Assembly: GCF_001194135.2 (NCBI RefSeq)
Contig: NC_068992.1
Coordinates: forward strand, 29,678,059 to 29,730,952
Source of the DNA: Octopus bimaculoides
Lineage: Eukaryota
Direction of reading: 5' to 3'
Length of the DNA: 52,894 bases
Shown: positions 49,653-52,894 of the stretch, piece after piece
Layout: every line of letters starts with the position of its first letter
Numbering within the stretch: the stretch's first letter is position 1
Position numbers and translations under genes: made by a program
The notes under the pieces: generated by a model
Seen by the model: only the letters and a program-made list of their open reading frames with translations
Databases searched by the model: none
Told to the model about the DNA's origin: nothing

Positions 49653-50299
49653 CTGTCTGTTTGTGTCTGTGTCTCTGTGTGTGCACATACTCACACACAC
49701 GTATATACACGCTCACACATAGGAGTGTGGGTCTGTGTGTATAAGAATTCTAGTAAGCACATTAGAAATGAAAAACAAACGGCATCGGACGCGTGATGCA
49801 TACCCTGCGTGCGGATAATTTTTTTCGCAGATTATAAGTGTGGTTTACAATGCGTTGCTTACCAAAGCTTTTTAATTGAAATGAATTATCAATTTTGTAA
49901 AGTGTCATCATCATAGGTATTTCTACATGGGCGAAATTAAATCAACTCGTAAATAAACGAAACCCTCGAATCCATGAGTGTACACACACGCACACGTACA
50001 CACACAATCACAAACATAGAGTTGCATATCTAAGTAGATATTTCATATGAAACAGAAAGTGAACAAGATAGTATGACCACATTCTAATAGATAAACTTCC
50101 ATTGCCAAAAAATGAGGTACAACCATTATGGATATTATTTATACTCCGGTGAAATTAAGAAATCTAGTCGTAAATTAAGCATTGCGATTATAGGTATTTC
50201 TACTTTGGGGAAATAAACAAAACATTCGACTCCATCACTGTACACACACACACACATGCCCACGCACACACATACATGTACGCACGTACATGCACGTAC

Positions 50300-50543
50300 A
50301 TATACACAAACAAACACACACAATCAGATAATCAAACCAACTGTTCATCATTTCGAGCCACACACCAACGAGTATTTCTTTTAAATGTGGTGAAAATCCG
50401 TTCAGCCGTTTTCCAGTAACTTTGCAAACACACAAAGAAAGAAAGAAAGAAAGAAAGTAAGTAAGAAACAAAAAAAACAAAAAACAAAAAACAAAGACGT
50501 TTGATTAGAATACCCTGCTCTCGCTTGCGTGCACAGGGTAATT
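50300..50543 (+). mobile_element. Possible non-autonomous Helentron/HINE-like or MITE 3' end
   Basis: gaaaatccgttcagccgttttccagtaactttgcaaaca, then (GAAA)n/(AAAAAAC)n, then the terminal hairpin taccctg-N16-cagggta at 50511-50540. Confidence 0.35.
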
Positions 50544-50663
50544 ATGAATATAGTAAAAACGAAAGATAATAACTCTGATTTTGGCTAGCTATCGTAATTT
50601 ATTAGGCAGACAAATTGAGACAAGTGACAAATGTACATTAGCTTTAAATAACATGGGTTGATT

Positions 50664-50664
<1 letters not shown>

Positions 50665-50706
<42 letters not shown>

Positions 50707-50930
50707 ACACGGACACACACACGCACATATATAATATATATAATACATATATACGTGTGTGTGTGTGTATTTGCGAGTGTGTATTTGTGAGTGTGCATAA
50801 GTATATATGTACATACACATATCTCTATATATACATATACATACAAACAAAACACATGAATAAACTCACACACATACATACACAAATGCACACACAAACA
50901 CATACAGAATCACGCACGCAAACACGTATA
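50665..50930. repeat. (CT)n, (CA)n, (AT)n and (TG)n microsatellites
   Basis: Read directly from the sequence. Confidence 0.9.
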
Positions 50931-52894
50931 TAAAAAGAGGCAAAAAGGGGTCAATACATCCAGGTAGATATCTTGAAAGTGCTCAGTATGTCGCAAATTT
51001 CGAGAAGGATATGAAACAATCAGATGCCGATAAATTCGAATAGAGTTAACATCTATGGAAATCCTTCGTGTAGGATAAGTAAATTCAAATATCGCCAAGA
51101 AGTATTTCAGAAATATAACATGAGAATCGTTTCTGTGGTGCGAGCATATTTAGATATATAATAAAAAGGTACAAAATACCAGTCAAACCTATACATCCAA
51201 AAATGTGTTATATCACAATGTTACCAAGGTAGGCTCAAAAGAGATTAAGTTCATAGCGAACTGTGAAAATATCTACAGTATGTAGTCTCATACAAAGAGA
51301 GCGTTAAGAAAGAATATAATATTCTATGGAAAGTCAGTTACGTATTTAAACTTAGAACAGAATCAATAGATGACGAAAGAATAAAAAATGATCATAGATA
51401 TTTTATGCTAAGATATTTAGTTATTTAGCTATTCATGTATGCATGCTAAACACTTTAGAAAAATTATGCTTACTAGATTATTGGAAAAGCACATTTAATT
51501 AAGGTGTTATTTGTTATTCACTATTGAAATATTTATGGGAGCATTTCAACGTAAGACCGATTCTACAATTTAATAACCTTGAATTTAAAGTAATCATATA
51601 ATATACTTCGTTTAGGCTAATACCATACTGAGAGTACAGTATTGTACGATGGAGCGTAATTTCGAGCAATCATATCAAGCATTTCCGAGGAATATTAGTA
51701 GTTATGTAAGATGTGAAAGGTGCATTGTATCATCATATTCTTTGATTTAGCCTTTCGGTAATTTTCATCGAAATTTGAATATTATAAACATCATCAAGTA
51801 ATATTAGCATTATCAACATGTTCATTATTCTTAATTCCAGTTCCAAATCTAGATGTTCTCTTCCAATAATTCTGCTACGCTGACATCTCCCCCGTTGGCT
51901 TAGGCAGTTAGAAAGATAAGTCACATCTTCCACAAAATACACTCTAACGTTACGAGAATGTAAATATCGGACAATGTAATTCTAAACACAGATATTTGAC
52001 CTTAGCTCAAACGTCATTGATTGTGGGCCTCCTTGAACAGTTCGGAACACAGCTTGCACTAAAACAATTACATGTATACAACCAAATCATCTAAAATTGC
52101 ATTTTACAATATTGCATTTTACTATATTTATCAAAGACAGATTTGGTCAAACCAATTAGTTTGATGGGTTCTCTGCAAACTCTGCTACTTTTAGAGATCC
52201 TATACTCCTTGTCATAGACATTATACATCATGTGATATTACGATGTTGATGCGAAGTGAACAACACAAGAGAAATGCTGAATTTTATATTTAAAAATAGC
52301 ATTTTTTTCTGTTATTGAAGAATATAAGTCTATATTTATATTGTTCTTCTTAATATCTCACCAGGTCAAATACTTTACGTAGCTTGGAGTTGAGTGTTCA
52401 TAGATGTAGTTACAATTGTAAGTGCATGTCTCCAGAATTTTATAGTTTTATATATAATGCTCAGTCATATTTTAGGCATAACGCTTCTTTTCCTATTCTC
52501 GTTTCTCGTTTCTAAACTAAAACTGCGTACAAAGTTTCATAAATTGTGGGCTTCACCACCACCATTACCTAAGCAACAATGCTGTCGACAACACTAATGA
52601 CAACGGCATAACTTTTTCTTGTTTAGAGTGCCACATCAGCAGTCTCTTCCTTCTAGCTGTAATACACACAGACGTTCAATAGTGACTGGTTAAATAAAGA
52701 AAAGCTACATCATTAAGGCAATACAGAATTTGTAGACTGATAGACTACATGGTCGAATGACACCTTCATTATATTGCAAATAATTGTCACGTTCAGTATA
52801 ATGCATTATGGGGGTAGTATAGAGGATTGCATCATATGAAATATCCATACATTCTGCATATTGTTCTCATGTCCAAATGTATATATATATATAT

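Noticed and set aside
5450-50933. Many short ORFs rich in YI, CV, HT, SL, poly-N, poly-I or poly-L
   Set aside because: They are translations of di-, tri- and tetranucleotide microsatellites.
52569-52656. Minus-strand exon-like segment MWHSKQEKVMPLSLVLSTALLL (tacag| ... AG|gtaatg) as the signal-peptide exon of the Ig gene
   Set aside because: It ends in phase 2, while the 44045 exon needs phase 1, so direct splicing frameshifts. An unseen intermediate exon could rescue it, so it is worth checking if RNA-seq is available.

Overview
This is AT-rich, repeat-dense eukaryotic DNA, not prokaryotic. The SINE/LINE repertoire, very high microsatellite load and N-gapped scaffold suggest an octopod cephalopod such as Octopus (inference from recalled repeat sequences, no search run). 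Most of the window is microsatellite, tRNA-derived SINEs and decayed non-LTR retrotransposons: restriction-like-endonuclease (RLE) LINEs, an RTE LINE, a CR1/L2/Jockey-group LINE and a Penelope-like element. There are 12 assembly gaps. Nearly all ORFs in the supplied track are artefacts of microsatellites or N runs. The credible host-gene signal is on the minus strand. An exon at 43912-44045 encodes the N-terminal half of a Dpr/ZIG-8-type Ig domain, and a probable terminal exon at 26466-26757 encodes the end of an Ig domain plus a GPI-like tail. I could not find the internal exons. Other notable points are three degenerate Penelope-type hammerhead-like motifs, microsatellites born from LINE codons, RT-less LINE derivatives and a fold-back MITE-like element. 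I found no clearly novel multi-gene system. Repeat boundaries are approximate, read by eye.
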